Shown here: positions 12,667 through 25,779 of the stretch, in pieces | Position numbering within the stretch: position 1 is the stretch's first letter | Layout of the letters: each line of letters opens with the position of its first letter | Assembly: GCA_001949185.1 (NCBI GenBank) | Contig: BDGG01000022.1 | Span: forward strand, 186,001-250,000 | Direction: 5' to 3' | Source: Ramazzottius varieornatus | Lineage: Eukaryota > Animalia > Tardigrada | Length of the DNA: 64,000 nt | The notes under the pieces: model-generated | Database searches by the model: none | What the model was told of the DNA's origin: nothing | The model's input: only the letters and a program-made list of their open reading frames with translations | Made by a program: the position numbers and the translations under genes

Positions 12667-14479
12667 GATTCCAGCTAACTGAAACAAGAGCAGGCTATTT
12701 CAACGTTAAAAGACTACAGCGTCCGCGGCGCTTTTCGGCAAAAGACAGCACAAGCATGACAAAACTAAACACTGATTGCGTACCGGCGCTTTGGCCAATG
12801 TGAGCAAGGAGGCATTGTGACGTTTCTTTGGTCATGACTTATCAGCACTTCCTCGAACAATCCATAGGTAATGCCGCTCATTACCGATCGCATCACATGC
12901 GCAACAGCAATGGCTACAAACGAGATAGTTAATAGCCTTCTATATTTCAAATCTCTGGCGCGACAACGAGTACTATCGAATAGATGGACTTCATACCAGT
13001 GGCAGTTTGAGGAGGACGGTTCGCTCTTGAAAGTCGACCCAGATTTCTTTCACGACGAACGAAATGCGAAACTACGGAAAACTTGCTAAAGTACAAGCTT
13101 ACAACTATTAAAGCAGATGAATGGACAAAAAAAGGCGACAGAAACGATGATGGTATATTTTGTCATCTGGACAATGGTGGTTATTGTCAAGTTCTCCACT
13201 TGTTCGTGTTTCACCCGTATCACATTCACAGCCACGGTCGCTGTGGTCGTCTGCAACTGAAGTGTCTCCAGCAACTCAAGGAATTGCTTGAAGGTAGGTT
13301 GGGGGTAGGCGTGAAACACGAACACAGGCCATCCCACCACGCCACAGTGGAATATACTGGTAATGGGAGGTTTGGTAGCGCAATATGACATCTTGCGCTA
13401 CAAGGCACAGCATACACTACCAGCTGGAGTTTGAAGACAACGAGTGGTCTACCGTACTGCCAGCATCTCCTGAAGCTTCTTGTATACTCGCTGTTAGCTT
13501 TTCCAAGCTCCACGCTTATACACATGAAGTGGACAATGATATGACGTCCACACAGGGCATTGGTTTGGTTTGACAGCCGGGCGGCCCATTGCTTGGTCAC
13601 CATGAAGGTCGATCGCTGCTTCATCGACAGCGAGGAAGGCTTTTCCACAAGTTATGCCAAAATACATGCTGAATTCAGGCCCTACCTAAGGCCTGCAACT
13701 TCAAGGATGCCCGACAACACTAGACAGTGTTTCCTGATAAGAGTCCCTCTCTCGCCGATGCAGACACGACGCATACTTCAAAGTTCCGATCATTTCGGAC
13801 AACGTAGCCGATTTTGTACCGTGCGTCACACAGCGTTCACTATCCATGGCCCACGGTACTGTACACATTCAAGCACCTATGTCCGACATAATCGGAACTT
13901 TGAAGTACGTCGCTCATCTTTTGGCCCCACCAAGGAACAGGCTTCCGCTCCAATCAGAACTGGTGAGTGGTGATCTGACATACTCATGCTGCACGCGCAG
14001 TCGAAAAAACGCAACTAGGGTTGTATTTTCAACTTGAAGAATTTGCTCTGTTCGCCGCATAAGTTTGAGCCCAGAGGCTGATCATGACAGTCGCGCGACT
14101 CGCGTTTCCAGCACAGATATCGGATAGCAGCGGATGGGAAAGTGTAATTTTGCCTGGTCACACATGTCCAACCGCATCAAAATCAGGGGGTGGCTTTGAG
14201 GCGATGGACCGACACTATCTCACACGAAAGTCAGTGCCAACTGCTCGGGGAGCTGGAATGTTCCAACCGTCTTCGACCGAAACAGTCATTTAACCGTTTA
14301 CCACTTCTTCATCCATTGTACCATATCAACGATGAGAAATAAAGAGAAACCTGTTCAGAGTGCCCATTGTTCACGACGTCCAAGAATAGCTCGTTTGAAT
14401 GGTTTGGGGCGTGGGCAGATACAGTCAGTCAGATCGTTCTCCAAGCGGCGCACGCTCTCAGCCAACACAAGAAGCAAGT

Positions 14480-14735
14480 GCGCCACTTGACATGACAATC
14501 TGGTTCAATTCCAACTGCCGACGTCTCAACGTTTGGGTCTGGTAACGTGGTCTTGTGAGCGGGATTCAAAAGGGGATGGCCAAGACTGTAAGGTCTCGAG
14601 CTAATCTTGTTTCGCACGGGAAAAGTTTGTATAGTTGGAGGTTGAAGACTAGCCAAGTACCAGAGCTTGGACAATACAGTACATGGAAAAATAGTTTCAT
14701 ATGCTTGAACGAAACAATAACGGGAGGTCTGTGAA
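14480..14735 (-). mobile_element. Decayed non-LTR retrotransposon fragment (L1/Tx1-like, post-RT region)
   Basis: DLPLLFR...TVLSKLWYLASLQPP and RPYSLGHPLLNP resemble the LSKLWY and PxxxGGLGLxxP motifs downstream of L1/Tx1 RT; frames are broken. Confidence 0.35.
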
Positions 14736-14957
14736 ATTGAAGAAAGTCAGTCGTAGTTGTGACTTGTTCAAGGAGAAAGTTCGATCATCATTTAAATGTG
14801 AAAAGTATTTTCAAGACGGCCAAAGTGCGGAGTCATATCTTCAGCGTATGTAATGAAGTTTTGTCGTTTGGGTTGGGTGGTTGGTTTTGCCTTTAACGTA
14901 TAGTGGGATCACTGCTGGGATGCATGCAAGTCAGTGTTGGCTATCGTTTACCTTGTG

Positions 14958-17864
14958 CTAGTATTCCCAACCGTTGGCATAAGCCCCACTGGCCGTCTGC
15001 TGGTGGTGTTGAGCACCGTTGGTCTGCTGCTCAGCCGGAGCCTACAACAAGCTAACCTGGAAGTGGGGCAGAGAAACAATGGGCAAGCTGCCTATGGGAC
15101 TTACGCTGTGGCCAAAGCGAGCTGCAAAGCTCTTTCCGGAAGTGGGACGTGACGCAGCAGCAGCCGTCGTGGTGGAAGGCGCAGCGTAGCTAACAGAGTC
15201 CTTGCTGTTAGCACGATTGTAGGGCTCTGCCTGGCCTTGAGACTCTCCACCTCGGCTTCGGCTCAAGTAAGGCGGATTTAGCAAGGAAGACTGCGACTGG
15301 CTATAGCACAAGAAAGAAGGAGATGAGCGATACAGAAACTAGACTATATAGAGGAAACAGCTGGGTCTGTACCCAGGTCGATAAGGCGCCTGTTGGGGCG
15401 CATAGACGGGCTGCGTTGGCGCGTAGCCTTGTTGCTGCTGCGGCTGTTGCGGATACTGTGGCTGGAGGGGTGGAAGACTGTGACCATTATCCTGCTGATC
15501 ATAGGGTGACTGCTGTGGTACCTGACCTGCTGCTCCGTAACCGTAGGCCGGCTGTTCTTGCTGGTAGCCATATGGTTGACGTTGAGGATGCGCTTGTTGG
15601 TACTGTTGGGATGCTGGTGCTGGCTGCCGATAACCTGCGTAGTGCAACACCCTATGCCTCATTACGGGCGGCAGGAAATTACCAAAGAAGCTACAGACCT
15701 TGCGAATAGGAAGATTGAGGCAGAAGGCTGCCTTCATAGCTAGCGGGTGCTCTATAGGCCTCTAGCATCGGTGGTGGACCCTGATCGTAGCGTGGCGGTG
15801 CTCCTCCATTGCTATAAACTTGATAAGGGTCGGGCTGCGGCTGCGGCAGCGGCGGCGGGTAGTAGCCATCGGGGCGTGGCAGATACTGCCCGGTCGAGGT
15901 GGGACGTGGCTGAGGAGCGGAAGGCCCGCGTGGCTGGTAGGCAGGTGCTGCTGGAGGCCCGTACGGCGCTGCACCTCCTGCCCGGGCAGGCGGTCCCATA
16001 TCGTCATACGCTCCACGACGCTGCTCGAAAGAGGGCCGTTCCCCAAAGGGACCATGTCGTCGATCACCAGCTGCAGGATATGGGCCGGGTCGTCCTGCCT
16101 TGCCACCGGAGCCCCCACCACCACGCTTCCGTCCCCGATCACCACCTCCATCTTCTGCAATCAAGCAACAAGGTCTACTGTACTCTACTTCTCAGCTCTT
16201 CCACCCAGAATGGGTTTGCAAGTAACGGAGACTGGCAAAGGAAAGCCTTACCTGAAGAGTTCCTTCCTCGTCCTCTCCCACCACCAGCGCCCCGTCGTTG
16301 AGGTGGTGCATTGAGACGCTCCATGCTTTCTTCACTGACCCGCATAGGTGCCGGAGGCTCAGGTACTGAAAAGAAACCAATGGGACCATTATTCACGCAA
16401 CACATGACAGAAGGCGCGGGCAAGACACCGAGAAGAAGGTCAGTGGGAAACTCCGAAACAGGAATCCTCTAACTGACCGAAAGTTTTAGTTCTCGCCCAG
16501 GCAAGTTCCAGTCGTCGACCCATGAATTCCTGACCGTAATATTCTTGTAAAGCACGATCAGCCGTGGCATGGTCACGAAAGTGAAGGAATGCAAATCTAT
16601 AAGTAGGCAACATACATACTATGAAATAAACGGTCCAAATGCCACCTTCAACGGGCCAATGGTAGACAGACGGTACTGACTTGTTAACAATGCGAGCGCG
16701 CTCGAAAGAGTCGGGATAGTTCTCGGAGAAGAGCTTGTTCAAGTCAGCTTCGGTGGCCTTGTCCATCAGGTTGCGTGCGTGGAGGACGCACGTGTGGGCA
16801 TTCCTGTCGTCTTCGCACGTCGAATAGTAGGCTTCCAGCGGATAATCGTACGGTTGAACTACAGACCAATTTGTCACAATACTAACGTGCAAACCGACCT
16901 AGCCGCAGGGCAATTATCGAAAATCATCAGTAGCGGGTACAGCCCAATTTAACAGGATACACACCTTCCTGTGATAGTATTTTGCCCAGTGCTCCCACAG
17001 CAGCTCTTTCCGATCCAAATTCCTACAAGCAAACAGCAAAGCATTGACATCCGGTCCCGCCCAAGAAGGTGGATATTCCCTAAACTTACTAGGGAAGCCC
17101 ACAGCTTGGGGGGACGGATTTCTGGATCAATGCCCCAGATGTTAGTCTCCAGGACGCCTTCGAAGAGACCGTCGAAATCCTTGATGAGATCAGCTCGCGT
17201 CTTGTGCTTGGGCAGGTTGGTGATCATGACCAGGGCGTGCGGCTTGGACAGGGAGATGCTCCATTTGGTGCCAGGACGGCCGGCAATGGGCCGGTTGGTC
17301 AGCTGGCGAACGACGTTGTTGGCCACACTGGAGTCGTAGAACGTAGCGAAGGCGAAGCCGCGACCTAGCTCGCCTGTCTCGTCCAGCAGCACCCGCACTT
17401 CCCACAGCTTGCCAAACTTCTCCAGCTCCGGCACCAGCTCGTCTTCGTACATGTCACGCGGCAAACGCCCCAGGAAGATTTCGGCGTTTCGTGGCCGCTC
17501 ACTGCCGTCGGGAGGTGGTCCTGTGGAAAAAAAAGGTGGATGATGGTATTGAGCAACAAACACAATCAAGAAAGACCAATCAACTCGTTATCCACACAAC
17601 TACCCCATGACGTCATGATTATTACACGTGGGGCTTCGAAGTCTAGGCGCTTGACACGGTGATGTCACCACCAATCTCAAACCAGACTAATGAGACTATA
17701 CCTCCGTATTTCCTCAGGTTCTGGCCGATCGTCAGGCTGTAGCCGGTCTTCTTGGCAAACTCCAGACACTTTTGAGCTTTAGTGGGACATTCCTTGAGGT
17801 TCGCCTCCGGTTCCGCTGTCTTGATGCCATCCTTGGTATCAGATCCACTCTGAGTGCCCTGCAT
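14958..17864 (-). CDS. Triple-RRM RNA-binding protein of the A1CF/RBM46/RBM47/hnRNP Q-R family with RGG and Y/Q/P-rich tail
   Basis: KTGYSLTIGQNLRKYGGPPP leader, EIFLGRLPRDMYEDELVP, RGFAFATF, NLPKHKTRADL, RRM3 LHARNL...FAFLHF...LELAWA; low-complexity exons end ...AYANGWEY* (TAG at 14958-14960). Confidence 0.88.
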
Positions 17865-18396
17865 GGCACCTCTCTCTTTGCCACACTTAACCCACCGTTG
17901 GGGGATGCCTTCACTCGGTCCAGACTTCCAGCTGACACGCACAGGATGCTAGGCGAAGAAAATAACAACAACGGATGCAAGCCGAGATGATTATGGCTTA
18001 TCAGAAACGCTCTACACCTCACGGCGTTACCGTAGCAAGTCGGAAAGCTTCCGTGGCGTCGAACCACAAGACTGCCACTGCGCTTCAGTCTGGAAGACCG
18101 GAACGCCCCCTGCACATACATGAACAGGCTCATGCTGACGTCACCGGTCTTATCAAACTGGTCTTCGCCGCGAAGTGAATTTGAAATTTCAGTATTAAAT
18201 TTTTCCAGAGTCCTTCTCGTTGCTGACTTACTGGAAAATATCGCGTTGATGTTGGGAATCTGGAAACCAAGGGTGTTAACTAAACAGACCAACTACGGAA
18301 ACCATCCGTTTATCTTCTGGACTCTCATCGCTTGGAAAGCGCTCTGCAGCCGCGTTACAAATTGCTATCGGGCTGAATGACCATCGGTAGACCATC

Positions 18397-21277
18397 ATGA
18401 TGACGCGTCGAAGCAAGCGAATTACATCCATTTCAAAGACGGAAACACTTCCGCTAACGCCAGCGCCAACGCCAGCACCTCCTACAAGAGAACTCTCCAG
18501 CCGTCGCAAGGTATGACTGTACTTTAGCTCCTCATGTCCCGTTATGAAAGACTGAAAGTACTGGTAGACATGCGCATGAGGTCATGCCCGAAGAGGATGG
18601 TGAAATCATTACGCGCGATATTCATTGACGTCATGTGTTGGTGGTGTGGCAAAAGGCACACGTAAGCGTCATTACAGTAGTGGGATTTTGCTTACAGAAG
18701 CTACCGCGGTATCTGGAAGAAGACTACGTTCCGGACAGCCTGTCCGAGCGTCCTGCCAAGTCTAGGAAAGTAATGCCACCCGTGGAGGTAGTGGAAGAGC
18801 CTACCGTCAGTAAGGATGAGCACATCAGGCCGAAAGTTGACACTAAGGTGGAAGAGGAGCCTAAAGCCACTGCACAGGACGCACCGCGTTCCGCGCTGCA
18901 GATCACGGCCCTTCCAGCGGATTGCTGCCGAATATGCCTCAGCTGTGAGATGAAGGAGCGCAGTTCCGCCAGGGTCTTTTGCGCGGCTCGTCCTTGCGAA
19001 TACAAAGGTAGTAGTTTATGCTTCAGCCAATTGATGAGCTTCTTGGTGCTAGACAAAGTACCAGCTGTTAGTCTTGCAGTGCATCTGCAATGCTTGAAAG
19101 ATTCTTATGCCTTCGATTTCCTGGACAAGTTCATCCCCTACTTCAAATGTCCTTCTCATCGAATTTGCGTTGTCTGTGGCAGAAAGAAGAGTCTGGAAGA
19201 GGAGGTAGGGCATAGTGGAATGGTTCTCGACATAATATACTAGATATTCTCTGGCTGCCCTTTGCAGGTATGCGTGACATGTGAGACTTGCAACCGGATG
19301 TTTCACCTCAAATGCCACTCGCCACCAGTGGCCGCCTCTCTGAACGGTACAAGAAAGCTCCTCACTTCTTCCCTGGCAGGTCCCATGTGACATTGGCCGT
19401 TTGTTGATGACTATAGGGTGGAAATGTTCAGGCTGTGATCCCGTAGAGATAGAGGCTGCCAACAAGGCCAAAGAAGAGGAGAAGGCGCGGAAGGAGCGGC
19501 GAGCGGAAAAGAAGAGGCTTCGCTTGTTGAAAGCGGCGGAGAAAAGTCGGGCTAAGGAAGACAGGCAGGCCGCCAGTAAGCTCAAACTGAATCGCCTTAG
19601 CCCAAATGTCATATCAACTTTCCGCTTCTTCTCCCTAGGAATGGCAGCCAGCGCCAGAAACGTCCTGACAATGGCGGAAAAAGGCGCGGCTAAGATGGAT
19701 CAGGAAGCCGACAAGGACATGAAAAAGCTGAGGAGAGAACAGAGACGCCTGGCAAAGATGTCAGTGGAGCTGGACTGGAAAGAACATTGGGGGTAAGAAT
19801 CAAAGACATGTTTAAATGTTGATTTGACCTTCTGTGTACAAAAGACGAAGTGCATTTCATAGCTGCACGTATAGGCAGCGCACTATACCGGCTGCACGGC
19901 CTCGACACATTGTAGAGATCACGTTGCCACTCCCGTTCACTTTGCAACTGTAGCTACGGCCTTGCTCCGCCCTCTCGTGACGTATAACTACATTTTGCTT
20001 TCCGGAGCTCCCCTTATTTTCGAAAAATAGCGTAATCGGAGTTACGGTTGGCTAGCATTGGGAAGTATGGTGGCTGCCCAACTGTTCAAAGTTCTGATCA
20101 GCTGCTGCGCTTATAAGTGACGTTGCAACTCATCTTAGCTACAGTGGGACTTTCATCTGGCGGTGGCAACTTAATGTCTGTAATCAGCCAGCAACATGAC
20201 GTCATGTATAGCGGAGAACGCTGTTCAACCACCAGTCAGCCGTTTGACCTCATTCTGTCACGAAACCATGCCTGGGCTCAGGCAGGCCGTATAGTACAAA
20301 TAGAGCGCTTTTGAATTTGCCGTTCTGGCATGTTTAGCTAATACTGATTGTCTGATTGAACCTAACTCGCTCTCAGGCTCGGCCATTTTGGCGTACTTTG
20401 TTCGCGCCATATTTCAGCTTTTAGGTTTCAGGCCAGTTCAGTCAATACATTAATATAATCTTGAAGAATTGCTCTATTTGCGGTTGGATAAACAAGACAG
20501 ATTGTCTCTTGCAAGATAGACTCCTGAACTTGCTCGTAGACGCACGAGGTCAGGCTGGAACATGATCACAGAACGGCCTGCCATACCAGGTTCCATTGTA
20601 TAAGCAGCTGACGGATTGCATGTGCATGCCATCTTGCTCGTTTAACGAGTGCATGCACTTTACATTCGATTTGGCCTGCGCAACATAAGCCCTACCCCCG
20701 GTGTGACGTGTTGCTCGTTTTTGCTCGCGGACTGCCTTTTCGTACAGCTATAGTGCATTTCGCCCTTGGCCTAGCGGGGTTTGCTTCGAGTTTTTGGATA
20801 GCGCTTGGACAGTGCATAGTAGGAGCACGATGAAGTTTCGTACGTCTTTGACAGGTCGGAAACGGAGGATAGTGTGCTGTCGGATAGGGCGACCTCCTGG
20901 GAGGAGGAAGTGGAGATGAACCCGGTCTTTGTGCGCCATCTGGAGGCCAAGCGCATGGCGCTGCAAGAGGAGAGCGAACTGCGCCACGACCTGTGCCTGT
21001 GGACGGTGGACCAGTGCGCCTCCTACTTTGTCGACTCCTTCCCGGACCTGGCCGACCTGATCAGGACCCACGTAAGCCCACACGTGTCCTCGCACATTAC
21101 TTGTCCTTCTACGCTATTTTACTTCATTACCTTCTTCTCCACCGTCTTTAGGAGCTGTATGGGTCGTCTCTCATGCTCATTTCCAGCCAGCAGTTTCGCA
21201 CCCTTTTCGGCTTGCCACTGGGAAAGTGTCTCATCTTCTATGATGCTATTTGCAAGTGGCGTAAAGCCAAATTTTAA
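18397..21277 (+). CDS. Chromatin protein with tandem (double) PHD fingers, charged coiled coil and C-terminal SAM domain
   Basis: CRIC...CAARPC...VHLQC...CPSHRICVVC...CETCNRMFHLKC...WKCSGC; last exons WTVDQCASYF...ELYGSSLMLIS...GLPLGKCLIFYDAI (SAM-like); about 950-nt intron at 19793-20747. Confidence 0.8.
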
Positions 21278-21557
21278 CGATATTGCCTTCCTCCATTTGA
21301 TCACCAGACCTGCTCCTTTTTTGTTATTTAGGTTCAACAACAATAGTAAATCTCAATATTATTTTCGATTTTAGACAAATTATAGCCGTCGTTCGACGGG
21401 GCTTCAAATCTGCGTTAGTCTAGCTGGAACTGGAAGCGCCTTTTTCATGTGTTAAAATGGCCGGTACTTTTGAGGATTGAGCCTTGACCAAAAAGTGTAA
21501 GCTGCGACTGGACAAATGAAAAGACAGCCGTCATTGTTATCTTTGATAATTTAAATA

Positions 21558-21815
21558 CAGTCCGGTCGCTCGAAATCTGGTACCTGATTTTGCGATTTCA
21601 AAACAAAGAAATCGTGCAAAATTAACGATACTGCGAGCCATACCGAGACAGCTGGTCCACATGCGGGTTGATTACTTGATCACACCAGTAAAGCTACGGT
21701 GTGATTTATGTGTAATGTAATTTCGGCCTTGACTTGTCGTGCTATATAGCGAATGTATAGCAGACTTCAAAACAAAATCGGAGAAATAGGTACCAGATTT
21801 CGATCAACCGGACTG
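21558..21815. mobile_element. Tc1/mariner(pogo)-type MITE, 258 bp
   Basis: 28-bp TIRs CAGTCCGGTCGCTCGAAATCTGGTACCT / revcomp CAGTCCGGTTGATCGAAATCTGGTACCT (2 mismatches), flanked by TA on both sides; no ORF. Confidence 0.88.
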
Positions 21816-21922
21816 TAATGGCTTTGCGTATTAAATGTGATCAGCGCGCAGCGACGCATACTAATTACGGTCGCAAAGAAGGTGCAAAGAAAGCAAAGGG
21901 GAGGAAAGTCTAGTCATTACAA

Positions 21923-24428
21923 TCAATCTGCTTGGGCTGAGTTGATACGAGCTTCCCATTGAGCCAAGAGTGCCGACTGACGGCCAACCGGTATTTGGGC
22001 AATCTCCTGCAATGACGAACGGGTGGAAGGTGGGATGGACATTTAGACGATGGATGATCTGGCTTCTGCTAGGGTCTTACCTGAACGATGGTATCTTGGG
22101 GGCGAACCACCGCTTCGGTACTGTGCCCCTGTCCATCCACCGCCTCTCTGGCCAGCTCCAGCGATAAATCTGGCAGACCCAAATCCTGTCTTGTTCGCCT
22201 GTCAATGACAGCGACGTTACCATACAAGCCAAGACCTGTTGGACATTATTAAGACGGTACCTCAGTTCTTCTTCACGGCGCTCCATTTCCTTCAGCTCGT
22301 CAAAGATTTTACTCTTGGCCGAACGGTATACCTTCTTGACCATAGAAATGGCATTGTCATCGTGGCTGGTTGGGACGTCCTGTTGCGTCTGGCTGGCCGG
22401 TCGGCGGACAGCGGCGTAGTCGACGTAGACACCTTTGTCATCGTTCAAGTGAGCCAGCGACGATGGCTGGGTCAGCTTGCTGATCGATATCCGTGAAGGC
22501 ACAATACCTGCAACAACGTCCTTTGATCAGAGCCTTCTTGACTACACCTAATGGACAAAGAGACGTACCAGGAAGTTTGCCGCGATTGGCAATGAAGCGT
22601 TGCATGCTGGACAGCGGCATCTTGGTGGTGGTCATCAGCGAAGTCTGCGTAGTGAGCAGCGCAGCTGTGTGAGGACTCTCCCTGCTATGAGGAAGCTCGC
22701 CACCTTTGGGCTGGCTGGCTTGACGAATGATGGCTTGATGGCCGTTGTCCTTCAGCGGCAGCACTTCGGTCTCGTCAGCCTGCTGCTGCTTGATAGGGGC
22801 CTTTGTGGCACTGCCTTCTGGGCTGGCCTGCTCGAAGAAGGCCCGCTGTGAGCGAATGCCCTGGTGAGGCGGTGGCGTACTGTGGGCACTGTAGTCCGAG
22901 CGAGGCTTCATAACCGTCTCTGTCTCTTCTTCCGGATTGTCATCGGAGGAGGAGGAGGAGGCGGTGGCGCTGGGCGAGTGCGCTGGCTGGTGGTCAACTC
23001 GTTCCTCCGAGATGGACAGGACGCGTCCATCACGCCGCAACTCCATCTCCCGACGCTTCTGCTCTTCAATCTCTTGTTGTAGCCGCGTTGTGGCCAGCAC
23101 ACGCTGTGTATCGTTGTAGGGAATCTTGTCTAGTGGAATATGCACTGACCACCTGTCCACCCAAACACCATTCAACAAAGTCAAACTACACTATTCAACT
23201 GATTTCTTCCCTGCTTGCTCATGAGGTCGAGGGTTCATAATGAACCGAAAGGACAGGCAGTGTGTTAACCTACCTGGCTTGCTTCTTCTTTTCGTCCGGG
23301 AAGGTCGTAGGCTGATGGTCGTCCTGGCCCATCTTGCGGCGCTGTTCTTGGTTATGACGGCGCACTTCTTCTTCCCTCCTTTTGGCCAGCCGAATCTCCC
23401 GCTCGATGGGCGTCTCATTTTCCGCCTCAACTCTAAACAGTGGGCTCTAGTGTTGGACAGGAGGAAACTGTGGCAGTATAATATGGGTTGACTGTATTGG
23501 CAAGTGGAAGTTACCTTTGAAGAACTGATGGGGAGGGACTTTTGGCTCGATGCTGTGTGGAGGCGCTGTCATTCTCCAGCGCAGGCTGAGGTCCTAGTGA
23601 GACATCCTGGGCGACGGGCAAGGGCGTCGGTACGTGGGCCAAGTCGGGGGATGTGCTGGGCAGGGAAGCGCTACTGTAGCTACAGAGACTGTGCGACTCT
23701 TCCTTGGAGCTGTGGCTGCTGCTGCCGACGTAGTCGCTGGTCTCAAAGGCCGACACTTGCTGCCGCCGACTAGTGCCAGCGCTAGGGCCGGCCGAGGGCA
23801 GGCCGCCTACCGGCGAAGAAGACAGCAGCAAGTCGGGCGTTGTGGCCCCACTGTCATGCCCGCCCTGTCCTCCTTCCTCATTCCTCATCCCAGTGACGGA
23901 AGTGTGCAGCCAGGAGACACTGGCCGACTCGGATGGGACTGGCGAGTAGGATGGCAGATCCGAGCTAGAGTCCAACTCGTCCTCATAGCCCTGACTGCGC
24001 TCTTGACTGCTGTCACTTCGTAGAGGTGTCTCTTCGCCATCCCTTCTCTGCAAGAACAACAAAGACCCACTTCTTTTATAGCCGCAAACGAAATGTTCCT
24101 TTAACTAACCCTCAAAAGCCACTTCTCCTCCATAAACTACAGTGTTGATGTGAAACACACAGTACGAGCTAGTTTACAATGGGTAACGCTATTGGCCAGC
24201 AAAGCCGAGGCGAAAAGTACAATTAAGTACTTTTGGCAATATCCGCTCTTTTCCATAGAAGAAGGTTAGCGTTGGCTGGCTAAAGCTTACCCGGAAAGAG
24301 CCGGTTTTGGTGGGTTCCAGCAGGTCATGATGGTTGTGCTGATGGTAAGCAGCGCTGACCGGATGCATTTCCACCTCGACGAGACGTGGTGCGCTGGAGC
24401 TGAGGTCAAAGTCAATTAAATCCATCAT
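21923..24428 (-). CDS. MISP / AKAP2 C-terminal-domain family protein (disordered, putative actin-associated)
   Basis: Three motifs ETPIEREIRLAKRREEEVR, RLQQEIEEQKRREMELR, SKIFDELKEMERREEELR and terminal SALLAQWEARI* resemble vertebrate MISP/AKAP2 ETPIEREIRLAxERE and KSALALRWEAGI. Confidence 0.78.
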
Positions 24429-25779
24429 GGCGACAGCTATCAGACGCGTTCTATATGGCGACCCAGCTATATATGGCTGCCAATTAAGGCTGATCAAGAG
24501 GTAATAGCGAGCGAAGCAAGTCAGGCGAGCTATGCAGCACAGCAAACCCGCTTTAGATGCTCTTTGGTCTGCAAAGAAGGAGAAAAGACATTCTTCACTT
24601 TGTCTACCACTTCATGGTACTATCATCAGAATGATACGAGCCCACAACCAAGTGATAAGGCGCCAACACTTTACTCATTCAAAGGTGTTTCGTTTCAACA
24701 AGCAATTACTATCGCCTGTTTATCGATAATCACAGCCGCAACATGCTGTATACTTGTCTCTAATCAGCCTAGCCTTTTTATCCCAGTAGCGCTATCAACA
24801 GGTGCAATGCAACACTCGATGCTTTCTTTCAATATTTTCCAACAGATTATTTTGCTTCCGCCAGCCGCTAGAGTTAAACGCCCTATTTATTATTGAAACA
24901 AGGCCTTTGTTGATAGTATCCCCTCGGCTTATATCCTGTCTGAGCGTACTCTATATGGGGTTGCGGACCAACTTGATTAGTGGGCGTAGCATCAAAATAC
25001 AAGATGCGCTCCAGTGTGTCTCTGTGATATCTGTATAAATGAAATCAACTTTTTTTTCCCACAGTCCAACTTGAACCTACTGCCCATGCGCACCTGGCCC
25101 ATGTGACACTTTTTCGTCCATCAAGACTACTTGCGCTATATAGCCCTAGCTCTTGCCGCACATTCGTATGCAGCCAAACGTAATCATCAAGCCAGTATAC
25201 TATCAACAAAAAACCCAAGTAGACAGTGCTTCAGCTAAATAAAGATCAGATAGATTGTTATAGTTCAGTATGGTTTTAGACTCCACCCGTCAATATTTTT
25301 GGCGAAAATTAAAGACAGTACTGTATGCATGTGAAATATTGCCGTCGTGGATATATCAATCAGGTATTGTCCTGTGTAACCTGAATATTAGATGGAGGAA
25401 CAATATCAAGATGTTCGGTTTGTGTCACTGTACATGTCTGTGTGGTTCGATCGCTGTCGGATGAGACTTGTCGTACAACATGCAGTGGTCTTGCGAGTTC
25501 GGACATGCACATGGTGAAGCGAAATGTGGCGCCGGCTCGCTGGACAAGCCACCCTCTACGGTACACTACTTCCGGGGCTTGCACGAACCTGACGCTTGCC
25601 TAACCTTACACGTTGGCTTTCTAAGAGTCATCCTGCCGGTTGTGGAAAGACTTCATGAGTGCCCGTAAGCATACTAATGGCTAGCGCTACTCGCACACCG
25701 ACATGCGCAGGCACACAACTACCGCAACATTCATGATTGAATGAAATTTCTCCCATATCAAATCTATCAGAGGCGGCAT

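Noticed and set aside
15323-16314. Long plus-strand ORFs opposite the RRM gene, and similar antisense ORFs over HMGCS, GFM2 and SCAF
   Set aside because: Antisense shadows of GC-rich coding exons.
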